A stretch of 64,000 bases of DNA, from positions 2,432 through 66,431 of the forward strand of contig CASFCU010000017.1 of the NCBI GenBank assembly GCA_949293285.1, in the 5' to 3' direction. The position numbers and the translations under genes were made by a program. The number at the start of each line of letters is the position of its first letter. Position 1 is the first letter of the stretch. This document shows positions 9,676 through 18,856 of the stretch, piece after piece. The notes under the pieces are model-generated. The model had not been told where the DNA came from, made no database searches, and saw only the letters and a list, made by a program, of their open reading frames with translations. Source of the stretch: an uncultured bacterium. Its GTDB lineage: Bacteria > Bacillota_I > Bacilli_A > RF39 > UBA660.

Positions 9676-10772
9676 ACTTATCCTCCTTTAATTTTTTTTC
9701 AATAAAATCATTAATATCACCATCTAACACTTTTGAAACATTACTTGTTTCATAAAGAGTACGATGATCTTTCACCATCGAATAAGGATGCATAACATAA
9801 CTTCTGATTTGAGAACCAAACTCTATATTTTTTTGTTCCCCCTTAATCTTACTTAACTCATCATTTTTTTTCTCAATTTCTAATAACTTCAATTTGCTTT
9901 TTAACATCTTCAAAGCTTGTTCTTTATTCTGAATTTGGCTTCTTTCATTTTGACAAGTAACGACAATTTTTGTAGGCAAATGCGTTATTCTAACGGCTGA
10001 ATCAGTAGTATTTACTCCCTGACCACCACACCCACTAGAACGGTAAACATCAATCTTCAAATCTTTATCATTAATCTCGATATTAGCAATATCCTCACTA
10101 AATTCTGGTGTTACAAGAACAGAAGCAAAAGAAGTATGCCTTTTATTATTGGCATCAAAAGGAGAAAGTCTAACAAGTCTATGAATTCCCTTCTCACACT
10201 TCAAATAACCATAAGCGTAATCCCCTTTAACAAGAATAGACACGCTTTTGATTCCAACTTCATCCCCATCCTGATAATCTAAGAGTACATATTTATAACC
10301 ATTTTTATCACACCATCTAGTATACATTCGATAAAGCATAAAAGCCCAATCACATGCTTCCGTACCACCAGCACCAGAATGCACCTCTAATACACAATTA
10401 TTCTTATCATATTCTCCATTTAAAAGAAGTAAAATCTCTAATTTTTCAAGCCTATCTGTTATATTTTTACATTCTTCCTCAATAAACAGAACAGTATCCA
10501 CATCACTCTCATCCATGGATAACACTACTTTTTTCAAATCATCAATATCAAAAGCTAAATCATCAACATCCTTAATAATAGACTTTAAAGAATTTAACTT
10601 TTCTATAACTTCACTACTTCTCTTAGAATTATCCCAGAAATTAGGAGAAGACATTTCTTTTTCTAAAAAAGAAATTTCCTCTTTTTTTCTATCTATGTCA
10701 AAGTAACCTCCATAAATCATTAATCTTATGATAACTATCATCAATATTTCTTCTTAACTCATAAACTTCCAT
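9665..10772 (-). CDS. prfB: Peptide chain release factor 2, expressed through a programmed +1 ribosomal frameshift at CTT TGA C (10703..10697)
   Basis: Frame 0 reads ATG(10772) MEVYELRRNIDDSYHKINDLWRLL, then in-frame TGA (10700-10698). The +1 frame continues DIDRKKEEISFLEKEMSSPNFWDN...; GGAGG lies 3 nt upstream of CTT; SPF and GGQ motifs are present. The ORF-track N-terminus MMIVIIRLMIYGGYF is a frame artifact. Confidence 0.9.
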
Positions 10773-10827
10773 AGCAAAGACCTCCATTATTCAACAATTA
10801 TAACATAAAAAAAGACTTAAATTAAGC

Positions 10828-10938
10828 CCTTTAATCTAATTTACTTCAATTTTACTATCCAAATGTTGAAACAAATGGTCCTCTATCTTATTCATAATAA
10901 TTTTTTCAATCTTTCTAGCACCATAAACTTCATAATCA
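10828..10938. repeat. 111-bp direct repeat copy 1 (a displaced duplicate of the 3' end of the ClpC-like gene); identical to 14854..14964
   Basis: An exact 111/111 match to 14854-14964; encodes ...DYEVYGARKIEKIIMNKIEDHLFQHLDSKIEVN* on the minus strand but is attached to no gene here. Confidence 0.9.
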
Positions 10939-11043
10939 AATTCTCTCGAGTTTTGTAGCTTGAAAACAAAAAAATAAGCTTTTCATATTTTACATACTAC
11001 AAAAATCGAGTTATATCATATTCCATTATGATTAGTAAATTAT

Positions 11044-11071
11044 AAAAAATAGTTCTAACAAAAGAACTATT
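11044..11071 (-). terminator. Rho-independent terminator after the ABC permease gene
   Basis: AATAGTTCT-aacaaa-AGAACTATT hairpin followed on the minus strand by a T6 run. Confidence 0.55.
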
Positions 11072-11087
11072 TTAGTATCATTAATGA

Positions 11088-13568
11088 TTATATATTGTCG
11101 TTTCTAATAGTTTCAATAATATTTGACTTTTTTAATTTACGAGAAGCAAAATATATTGAAATAAATACAATAGCAAAAACACCAATAATTGACGCAATTA
11201 AATATTTATATGGATATGCAACTACATCATCACTAGAACTCAAGGTAAACATTACAATGAAGATCAGGACATTAGCAAATACTTGCCCTAAAAACAAAGA
11301 GTCAAAACCGAGAACTAATCCTTCATAGAACAACATTCTATTAAATGATTTATTAGATAGACCAACACTCTTTAAAACAGAAAAATCTCTCTTTCTTAAA
11401 TCAATACTAGTATTAATTGTATTAATGACATTAGTAACTGCAATCAATACAATAAATCCCAAAAAAGCATATATACCAGTTTTGATACCGAAAATCATTT
11501 TATAGTATTCTTCATATTCGATTAAAGTATTAGTATAGTTACTAACTTCTATATTATTATTTTCAAGTTCTTTGATTTTATTATCCAGTACTTTATATTT
11601 TTCAGAATCTATTTTAACAAAATAATCAGATGGATAATTAATATAGTTAGAAGTAGATTTCCTATATGCATCAAATTCTTCTTCAGACATAACTATCATT
11701 CCCATTAAACTATTATCATCGATAAAATATAAATTATCAAGGGTATAAATTGGATTATTTAAATCATATTTATATATATAGTGATCTCCATTAGAAGTAA
11801 AATTAGGATTTTCAATTCTTTCTACATCGTAAACATTTATCTCTTTAATTTCATCTTTCCACATCGGTATCTTTTTTTCAATATCACCACTTTCATTTCT
11901 TTCATAATAATTTTTTGGAACAAAAATAACATCATCATCAACATTATATTTTTTCTTTAAATCACTATAATTCTTCTGATCATAAGAAGATATCCATATA
12001 TCATCATAATTTAATGAAAATATTTCCCTACTTTTTATATATTCATCTTCAAAATAATCAACTTCGTAAGGAATATCACCATAACTTAAACGGGTAACTA
12101 AATATTTATCTACTTCTTGATATGATAAAATCTCTTTAACTATTTTTTTGCCTTTAAAAGTATCTTCAACATAAACGCTGATTGGATATTCATCAGGTTT
12201 ATACTTTTCTAATTCACCAAAAGTTATATTGATAAACTCACCAATTACCATAAATAGAATAATACTTATTATTAAAGATATTTTAGCACTACGATATTTC
12301 TTTTTATTTCTTACAATATTATTTTGAGCTAAAACTGCTTCTTCCCCAAAGATATTTAAAAACCTTTTATTTTTCTTGTATTTTTTCTTTTTCAACTCTA
12401 TATCATTATTTAATCTAATAACTTCTAAAGGTGATACACTACTAGATTTAAAAGCTGGTATCAATGCTGATAAGAAAATCATAATAATTGAGAAAAATAA
12501 AGATACAAGGGCATAAGATGGATAAATTACAACTCTAAAATCAGCATTAGGAATATAATTAGTAATTATTTTAGAAGCAATAAAAGCCAAAATAAAACTA
12601 AATATAACACCAAGTGGAATAGCAATTATAGATATGATAAAAGCTTCATATATAACACTTAAAAAGATATTTTTTTTAGATGAGCCAAGGCTTCTAAATA
12701 TACCAAAAATCTTTTTTCTTTCAGATACTGATATTGCAAAGGCATTATAAATTGCAAGAGATGAAAATAAAGCTAAAACTCCTAAAATTATAACGATCCA
12801 AGTTCTTATAGTCTTTACAAATGTATCATTACCAATACCAAAAAGCATTAGATAAGGAGTATTGATATAAACATCTTCATACTTATTATCACTAGATGCT
12901 AAAATTCCTTGAAGATGGGGTAAACCTATTTCTTCAGCAATTTTATATGTTTCTTCATAAGTATTTTTCATATTATTAAAATAAATATAATATTTTCCAT
13001 CATTTTTCACTTCTGATTTAGTATAAAAAATACCAGAATAACTATTATAACTACTATTGTGCATATAATGATCAAACTTAGACTCATTATAAATACCAAC
13101 AACAGTATAGATAACTTCATCCCCACTAAAAGTATCACCAATTTTTACATTTTGCCATTTAGCAAAATCAAACTCAATTATAATTTCATTATTATTAGCA
13201 GGGAGTTTACCATCTGTTAAAACAAAGTTATCAGCATAATCAAAAGAAGCACTTTTAATAAAATATTCTTCATCATTTTTTTCATCATATATATTTTCAA
13301 CATTTTCAATTATAATAAAATGATTTACTTTAGAATTATTTTGAAGTTTTTCTTTTAAAGAGTCATAACCTTTTTCATTGTTAATAATAACATGATGGTC
13401 ACCAATATAATTAATCACACTTTGAAGACGATTATCACGAATACTCGAAAAGATAATTCCAACAACAAAGAGAAGAGATACTGCTAAAAATGTTCCAATG
13501 ATTGTCACTATTGTACGGGTCTTATTTTTCAATAGGTTGCGTAAGGTAAATTTATTTAGAATCTTCAT
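11088..13568 (-). CDS. ABC transporter permease, FtsX/MacB/BceB-like, with two FtsX domains and two large extracellular domains
   Basis: 826 aa: an N-terminal TM, a large extracellular domain and a 4-TM FtsX domain, then a second extracellular domain and second FtsX domain; the C-terminus resembles BceB-type peptide-antibiotic resistance permeases. Confidence 0.8.
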   Translation of the reverse strand: MKILNKFTLRNLLKNKTRTIVTIIGTFLAVSLLFVVGIIFSSIRDNRLQSVINYIGDHHVIINNEKGYDSLKEKLQNNSKVNHFIIIENVENIYDEKNDEEYFIKSASFDYADNFVLTDGKLPANNNEIIIEFDFAKWQNVKIGDTFSGDEVIYTVVGIYNESKFDHYMHNSSYNSYSGIFYTKSEVKNDGKYYIYFNNMKNTYEETYKIAEEIGLPHLQGILASSDNKYEDVYINTPYLMLFGIGNDTFVKTIRTWIVIILGVLALFSSLAIYNAFAISVSERKKIFGIFRSLGSSKKNIFLSVIYEAFIISIIAIPLGVIFSFILAFIASKIITNYIPNADFRVVIYPSYALVSLFFSIIMIFLSALIPAFKSSSVSPLEVIRLNNDIELKKKKYKKNKRFLNIFGEEAVLAQNNIVRNKKKYRSAKISLIISIILFMVIGEFINITFGELEKYKPDEYPISVYVEDTFKGKKIVKEILSYQEVDKYLVTRLSYGDIPYEVDYFEDEYIKSREIFSLNYDDIWISSYDQKNYSDLKKKYNVDDDVIFVPKNYYERNESGDIEKKIPMWKDEIKEINVYDVERIENPNFTSNGDHYIYKYDLNNPIYTLDNLYFIDDNSLMGMIVMSEEEFDAYRKSTSNYINYPSDYFVKIDSEKYKVLDNKIKELENNNIEVSNYTNTLIEYEEYYKMIFGIKTGIYAFLGFIVLIAVTNVINTINTSIDLRKRDFSVLKSVGLSNKSFNRMLFYEGLVLGFDSLFLGQVFANVLIFIVMFTLSSSDDVVAYPYKYLIASIIGVFAIVFISIYFASRKLKKSNIIETIRNDNI

Positions 13569-14352
13569 GATTTACCTCACAAGTATCCGATTTTACTTTT
13601 TCAACAATTTCTGTGGATTGTTGAATAGGTGTAATAACCGCTTGAACAGCTTGTTCATTAGTACTTGTTAATGGTACTTCTTTTTTTATATCACTAACTA
13701 TTTTACCATCACTTACAGTTATTATCCTTTTAGCTTGGCTAGCAATATCCAAATCATGTGTAACCATAATAACAGTTTGTTTATACTTTTCATTTAATAA
13801 TTTTAATAAATCTATTATTTCTTTAGAGTTAGCAGAATCAAGATTTCCAGTTGGTTCATCTGCTAAAACAAGTGCTGGATGATTAATTAAAGCACGGGCA
13901 ATTGCAACACGCTGTTGTGTACCACCAGATAACTGATTAGGTAAGTAATTAAGATATTCTCCTAATTTTAAAATATCTATAAGTTCCTTTTTAAAATTTT
14001 CATCAACTTTTCCTTTGTCTAATAAAACAGGTAATTCAATATTTTCTTCAACATTTAAAATAGGAATTAAATTATAGAATTGATAGACTAATCCAACATC
14101 TTTTCTTCGATATTTAGATAATTCTTTATCTTTTAAATTATAAATATTTTTATCTCTAACAATTATACTTCCACTAGTGGGAGAATCAACTCCTCCAATT
14201 AAATGTAATAAAGTACTTTTACCACTTCCACTTGCTCCAATAATTGAAACAAATTCTCCTTCTTCAATCGAAAAAGACACATTATCAAGTGCTTTAGTTA
14301 AGGACATATCTTTACCATATTCTTTAACTAAATTTTCAACTCTCAATACCAT
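13552..14352 (-). CDS. ABC transporter ATP-binding protein (BceA/MacB-type ATPase partner of the permease)
   Basis: Walker A GASGSGKST, signature LSGGTQQRVAIARAL, Walker B LVLADEPTGNLD; overlaps the permease start; a C-terminal ~40-aa extension. Confidence 0.85.
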   Translation of the reverse strand: MVLRVENLVKEYGKDMSLTKALDNVSFSIEEGEFVSIIGASGSGKSTLLHLIGGVDSPTSGSIIVRDKNIYNLKDKELSKYRRKDVGLVYQFYNLIPILNVEENIELPVLLDKGKVDENFKKELIDILKLGEYLNYLPNQLSGGTQQRVAIARALINHPALVLADEPTGNLDSANSKEIIDLLKLLNEKYKQTVIMVTHDLDIASQAKRIITVSDGKIVSDIKKEVPLTSTNEQAVQAVITPIQQSTEIVEKVKSDTCEVNHEDSK

Positions 14353-14441
14353 AAAATCACCTCTATTATAAGATATTATAACATTTTTTTATCAAAAAAA
14401 ACATTTCACTAGTCATTTGTTTTTATAAATAAAAGGGGCTG

Positions 14442-14554
14442 TTACGAGATTAAATGATTAATTTCAAATGGTTCTTCAATCACTTCTCCTGCAACTGATA
14501 ATATAGCTATTGTGCTTTTCCTTTTGAAATATCAATCCCAACTCCATACTTCAT
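14442..14554 (-). pseudogene. Truncated N-terminal fragment of an IS110-family (DEDD) transposase with an internal frameshift
   Basis: The minus strand reads AGGAAGGAAAAGGAAA RBS, then ATG: MKYGVGIDISKGK, a frameshift, then STIAILSVAGEVIEEPFEINHLIS*. The GIDxSK ... VA.L...GE motif is characteristic of IS110/IS1111 N-termini, and the rest of the gene is absent. Confidence 0.4.
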
Positions 14555-14756
14555 TTTCCTTTTCCTTCCTATTCTTTAAATTACGGTTGGTACCAACTCT
14601 TCTACATATCCTCATTTTAGCTCTTTACACGAGAACTATTTCAATCTCAACTTGCTTAAACGAATATATTATGTGAAGATTGGACAACACTTTTTGTAAC
14701 GAAAACTTTATCTCTAAAAGACGCACGTTATCCGATCACTTCACCATAATAAAAAG

Positions 14757-14800
14757 AAGTGTAATAATTAATCACATTTCTGTAATTAGTTATTACACTT
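14757..14800 (-). terminator. Strong terminator-like hairpin (19-bp near-perfect inverted repeat with a 4-nt loop) downstream of the ClpC-like gene
   Basis: AGTGTAATAATTAATCACA-tttc-TGTAATTAGTTATTACACT (2 mismatches), followed on the minus strand by CTTCTTTTTATTAT. Confidence 0.5.
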
Positions 14801-14853
14801 TTATAGTACCAAAAGAGACTGATACAAAATCAATCACTAATTTTGAGACAGAT

Positions 14854-14964
14854 CCTTTAATCTAATTTACTTCAATTTTACTATCCAAATGTTGAAACAA
14901 ATGGTCCTCTATCTTATTCATAATAATTTTTTCAATCTTTCTAGCACCATAAACTTCATAATCA
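14854..14964. repeat. 111-bp direct repeat copy 2 (the in-situ 3' end of the ClpC-like gene, including its stop codon)
   Basis: An exact match to 10828-10938; spans the last 33 codons, the stop (14862-14864) and 8 nt of 3' UTR. Confidence 0.9.
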
Positions 14965-17132
14965 GATTCTTTGATTACATCATCAATATCAGAAGAATGA
15001 TACTGATAATCAACATGTATTTTATGAATAATTTTATCAAAAGAATTCATCACAATTCTTTTAATATCATCATAACTAAACTTATTAAAAATAATTACTT
15101 TTTCTATTCTATTAATAAATTCCGAAGAAAAATAATTTTTAATACCAGACATTAAAGACTCCTCACTATCTTTTTCAAACCCAATATTCTTTTTATTACA
15201 TCCAGCATTAGAAGTCATAATAATAATATTATTATCAAAACGAAAAACATTTCCAGAAGAATCTTTAATCTTTCCTTCATCAAGAATTTGTAAAAACAAA
15301 TTTAAAACATCAGGATGAGCTTTCTCTACCTCATCAAGCAAAATAACAGAATGCGGTTTATCTTTTATTTCTTCTAGAACACTACTCTTATCTTGATAGC
15401 CAACGTATCCAGGAGGTGAGCCAATAATTTTACTAACAGAATGCTCTTCCTTATACTCACTCATATCCAGTCTAATAATATTTTCTTCTCCAAACATAAA
15501 CTTATTATATTCTTTAGCTAAAAAGGTTTTTCCAACACCAGTTGGACCAACAAAAAGAAAAGAAACTGGCTTTTTATCATATTTAATGCCTAAAGTTATT
15601 TTACGTGTATAATCACAAATTGCAGTTATTGCTTTATCTTGACCAATAATAGTTTTTTTTAAGAAATCTTTTAAATCAGTAATAACCGAAGAAGAAGGAA
15701 CTAACTCATAAACTGGAATATTACTTTTTATTTTAATCACTTCTGCTACCATCTGTTTAGTAACTTCCTTTCTTTTTGTATTCCTCATAATTTTTACATC
15801 CATCTTGTTAATACAACTTTCTAACTTTAACTCTTCTTCTCTTAAATAGACTGCCTCATTAAACTTATTATTTATAATAGCCTCATTCTTTAAATCCTTA
15901 ATTGTTTTAAGTAAATTTTTATAATATATATTTTTTTTAGTCATTTTATCTTCTAAAATAGAAACTTTAGAACAAACTTCATCCAGTACATCAATAGATT
16001 TATCCGGTTGTTTTCTATTATACAAATACTTATTAGATAAAGTAATAATTAATTTCAAAACATCATCATTAATAATAACATTATGATAATCTTCATAAAT
16101 GGATTTTAACCGAGCTAAAATATGATATACTTTTTCTTCATCAGGTTCCGTAATCATAACGGTCTGAAAACGTCTAGATAAAGCTTTATCATCTTCAATA
16201 AATTTTTTATATTCAACAGTAGTAGTAGCTCCTATAATATTTATTTTTCCACGTGCCAAGGATGGTTTCAAAATATTAGAAGCATCAATAGCCCCTTCAG
16301 CACCACCGGCACCAACTAAAGTATGAATTTCATCTATAAAGATAATCACATCATTAGACTCCTCAACCTCTTTTAACATTTTAGTAACCCGCTCTTCAAA
16401 TTCTCCACGATATTTTGTCCCAGAGACTAAACTAGCCATAGATATAGAAATCACTCTCTTATTAAGTAGTTTCGAAGGAACCTCTCCATTCACAATTTTT
16501 CTACTAAGTTCTTCTACAATAGCAGTCTTTCCAACACCAGCATCTCCAATCAATAACGGATTATTTTTAGTTCTTCTACAAAGGATCTCAATAATTCTTA
16601 AAACCTCATCCTCACGATTAATAACAGGATCAAGTTCTCCATCGATAGCTTTTTTATTTAAATTTACACCAAACTCATCAACTAATAATTTATTCTTTAA
16701 TTTCTTACTTTTCCTATTTTGATTAATCTCCTCGTAAAGTAAATCAATATCTACTCCCATACTAAGAAGAACTCTGATAGCAACCCCTTCTCCTTCTTCT
16801 ACAAGAGCTAAAAATAAACTCTCTAAACTAACCTCCTTCAAATTTTTTTCTTTACTAACAATGATAGAATTTTCAATAATTTTTTTTAATAATGGAGTAT
16901 AAATAAACCATTCATTTTCTTTTGAACCAATCCCAACTACATTTATAATTTCTTCTCTAAAAGAAGAATAATCAACACCAAATTCCTTAAGTTTATTGCT
17001 GATAATATTATCTTTTTTCAAAAGTGAAAGAACAAAATGTTCAGTTCCAATATAAGGATGCTTCAAAAGTACCATTTCCTTTTTTGCACCAAGTAATATC
17101 TTTCTTACTTCTTCATTAAACTTTGAGAACAT
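14862..17132 (-). CDS. ATP-dependent Clp protease ATP-binding subunit, ClpC/ClpE-like (two AAA+ modules, N-terminal Clp_N repeats)
   Basis: Walker A motifs GDAGVGKT and GPTGVGKT; Clp_N repeats; the true start MFSKFNEE is at ATG 17132, preceded by AAAGGAGA; ~756 aa. Confidence 0.85.
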   Translation of the reverse strand: MFSKFNEEVRKILLGAKKEMVLLKHPYIGTEHFVLSLLKKDNIISNKLKEFGVDYSSFREEIINVVGIGSKENEWFIYTPLLKKIIENSIIVSKEKNLKEVSLESLFLALVEEGEGVAIRVLLSMGVDIDLLYEEINQNRKSKKLKNKLLVDEFGVNLNKKAIDGELDPVINREDEVLRIIEILCRRTKNNPLLIGDAGVGKTAIVEELSRKIVNGEVPSKLLNKRVISISMASLVSGTKYRGEFEERVTKMLKEVEESNDVIIFIDEIHTLVGAGGAEGAIDASNILKPSLARGKINIIGATTTVEYKKFIEDDKALSRRFQTVMITEPDEEKVYHILARLKSIYEDYHNVIINDDVLKLIITLSNKYLYNRKQPDKSIDVLDEVCSKVSILEDKMTKKNIYYKNLLKTIKDLKNEAIINNKFNEAVYLREEELKLESCINKMDVKIMRNTKRKEVTKQMVAEVIKIKSNIPVYELVPSSSVITDLKDFLKKTIIGQDKAITAICDYTRKITLGIKYDKKPVSFLFVGPTGVGKTFLAKEYNKFMFGEENIIRLDMSEYKEEHSVSKIIGSPPGYVGYQDKSSVLEEIKDKPHSVILLDEVEKAHPDVLNLFLQILDEGKIKDSSGNVFRFDNNIIIMTSNAGCNKKNIGFEKDSEESLMSGIKNYFSSEFINRIEKVIIFNKFSYDDIKRIVMNSFDKIIHKIHVDYQYHSSDIDDVIKESDYEVYGARKIEKIIMNKIEDHLFQHLDSKIEVN

Positions 17133-17356
17133 AAAATCTCCTTTCATAATATATCTTATGTATATATTGAATTCTATTCTCAAAATCTATACAAGAAAAA
17201 ATTTAAAATAAAAATTTTTTAAATATAAACAATCATCTTGTAATTTTAACAAAAATACCAAGATGTTTTTTACATACTTGGTATTTTAGCACTCTTTTCT
17301 CTATTCTTTTATAAGCTAAAATTTCCTATAAAATAAAAAAGAAGTTTCCTTCTTTT

Positions 17357-18769
17357 TTACATAAGTGTCATTATTGTAAAAATAATCAATAATACAACTA
17401 CTAATTCTAAGAATAATTTTCCAATAGCTTTTAACCATTTTCCATAAGGAATATGTAAATAAGATAAAGTAGCTATTAATACTACACTAGTAGGTGCAAC
17501 TAACATTGCAACACCATACATTGCTTGCCAAATTACAGAAAGAACTGTAATATCACCAACTTCTAACCCAGTATATAAAATATTTACTACATAAGGTAAA
17601 ACTCCAGTTGCTGCATAATACAACTCAACAGAGAAAATACTTGAAACAAAGGCCACAAGACTCATTGTAAAAACATTAATACCTTGAGTAAGCTTCAACA
17701 AAGGATTAAAAATTGTAAGTAAAGTAGGAATATAAGTAACAGCTACTAATACTACATATAATAAAACTACTAATACAGCTGGTTTCAAAGCTCTTTTAGC
17801 CCCATCTATAAAATTGGTAATATAATCCGTAAATTTCATTTTATAGACAAAAGAAATTAACCAACTTGCTAAAAGCAATATTACAGACGCTTCTACTAAA
17901 GTCCAATATCCAAATGCACTTTCTTCTAAAAGCCCAAAAAGAGCTTCAAATATAGGAAATTCAAATATTTTAAAATCAAGCACAGACTTAAGAGCCTCTT
18001 CAAACCAAGTAATTTCAAATAAACTCCAAGATATAAATGCTAAAATTAAAATGACAAACACTATATCCATAATAACTACAATTGGCCAACTCTTTTCCTT
18101 CTTTGAACGAACAGCCTCTGGAATATAACTTCCCTCTACTAACTTCTTAGTATCCCTATGCTTTTTAGAATAAGTAATAACATTAAATATTAATAATGCC
18201 AAAGCAATAAGCAATAATAAAACCTTAACCAAAACGTCAGCATCTGGTGATGAGCCAATAACAATATCAATACCATAAGTATTATTAATTGAAAATACGG
18301 AACCTATCAAACCTATAGCTACACTTCCTGCCGTAACCATTGCTGCAGTTATCTTATCATATCCCATTGCCAAAATCACTGCTATAACAAAAGGAAACAT
18401 AAATAATAGAGGTAATGATAATCCTGCCATAGAAGACAATACAGCAAAAATTACCATAACAATAGTCATAAACAACCATTCACGCTCTATAAATCCTTTT
18501 ACTATCTTGTCTATCAAACTTCGATAAGCCGGAATCTTATGTAGAATACCATAAAATCCACCTACAATTAGCACATATATACCAATATGACTAAAATATT
18601 GGACAGCAATACCTACATAACTCATCACTTCAAATACTCCAATCTGTTGTCTTGCTTCCTCAACAAATCCAGCAGAAGAAGAAAAATAAGAGACTGGAAA
18701 TAACCATGTCAATAATACTGCAATTGCAATAGTTATCATAATAACCTTAAACAAATTATGTTTTTTCAT
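17357..18769 (-). CDS. YfcC family (putative C4-dicarboxylate anaerobic carrier-like) integral membrane transporter
   Basis: 470 aa with ~12 TM helices; resembles E. coli YfcC-type proteins across the conserved Gly-rich TM segments; a terminator hairpin lies immediately after the stop (17333-17356). Confidence 0.55.
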   Translation of the reverse strand: MKKHNLFKVIMITIAIAVLLTWLFPVSYFSSSAGFVEEARQQIGVFEVMSYVGIAVQYFSHIGIYVLIVGGFYGILHKIPAYRSLIDKIVKGFIEREWLFMTIVMVIFAVLSSMAGLSLPLLFMFPFVIAVILAMGYDKITAAMVTAGSVAIGLIGSVFSINNTYGIDIVIGSSPDADVLVKVLLLLIALALLIFNVITYSKKHRDTKKLVEGSYIPEAVRSKKEKSWPIVVIMDIVFVILILAFISWSLFEITWFEEALKSVLDFKIFEFPIFEALFGLLEESAFGYWTLVEASVILLLASWLISFVYKMKFTDYITNFIDGAKRALKPAVLVVLLYVVLVAVTYIPTLLTIFNPLLKLTQGINVFTMSLVAFVSSIFSVELYYAATGVLPYVVNILYTGLEVGDITVLSVIWQAMYGVAMLVAPTSVVLIATLSYLHIPYGKWLKAIGKLFLELVVVLLIIFTIMTLM

Positions 18770-18856
18770 TTTTATCCTCCTCGTAGTTAATTATACAACA
18801 TCACACAAAATAATTACAATAATTATAAATAAATTTCATAAAACATACACATATAT

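Noticed and set aside
10701-10744. ORF-track N-terminus MMIVIIRLMIYGGYF of the 9665..10744 ORF
   Set aside because: This stretch is the +1 frame read upstream of the prfB frameshift site. The real N-terminus is the frame-0 peptide MEVYELRRNIDDSYHKINDLWRLL, starting at 10772.
14586-14597. 12-bp perfect palindrome GTTGGTACCAAC in the cassette leader
   Set aside because: It is an isolated short palindrome with no second copy or matching known operator; it is noted but not interpretable.
14680-14865. 61-aa plus-strand ORF in the cassette leader
   Set aside because: It has no RBS, overlaps the terminator inverted repeat, and shows no similarity to known families.
17286-17294. TTAGCACTC, a half of the CIRCE/HrcA operator, in the ClpC-like promoter region
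   Set aside because: The partner GAGTGCTAA is not present at 9-bp spacing. No CtsR heptad repeats (GGTCAAA) were found either, so no heat-shock operator can be claimed.
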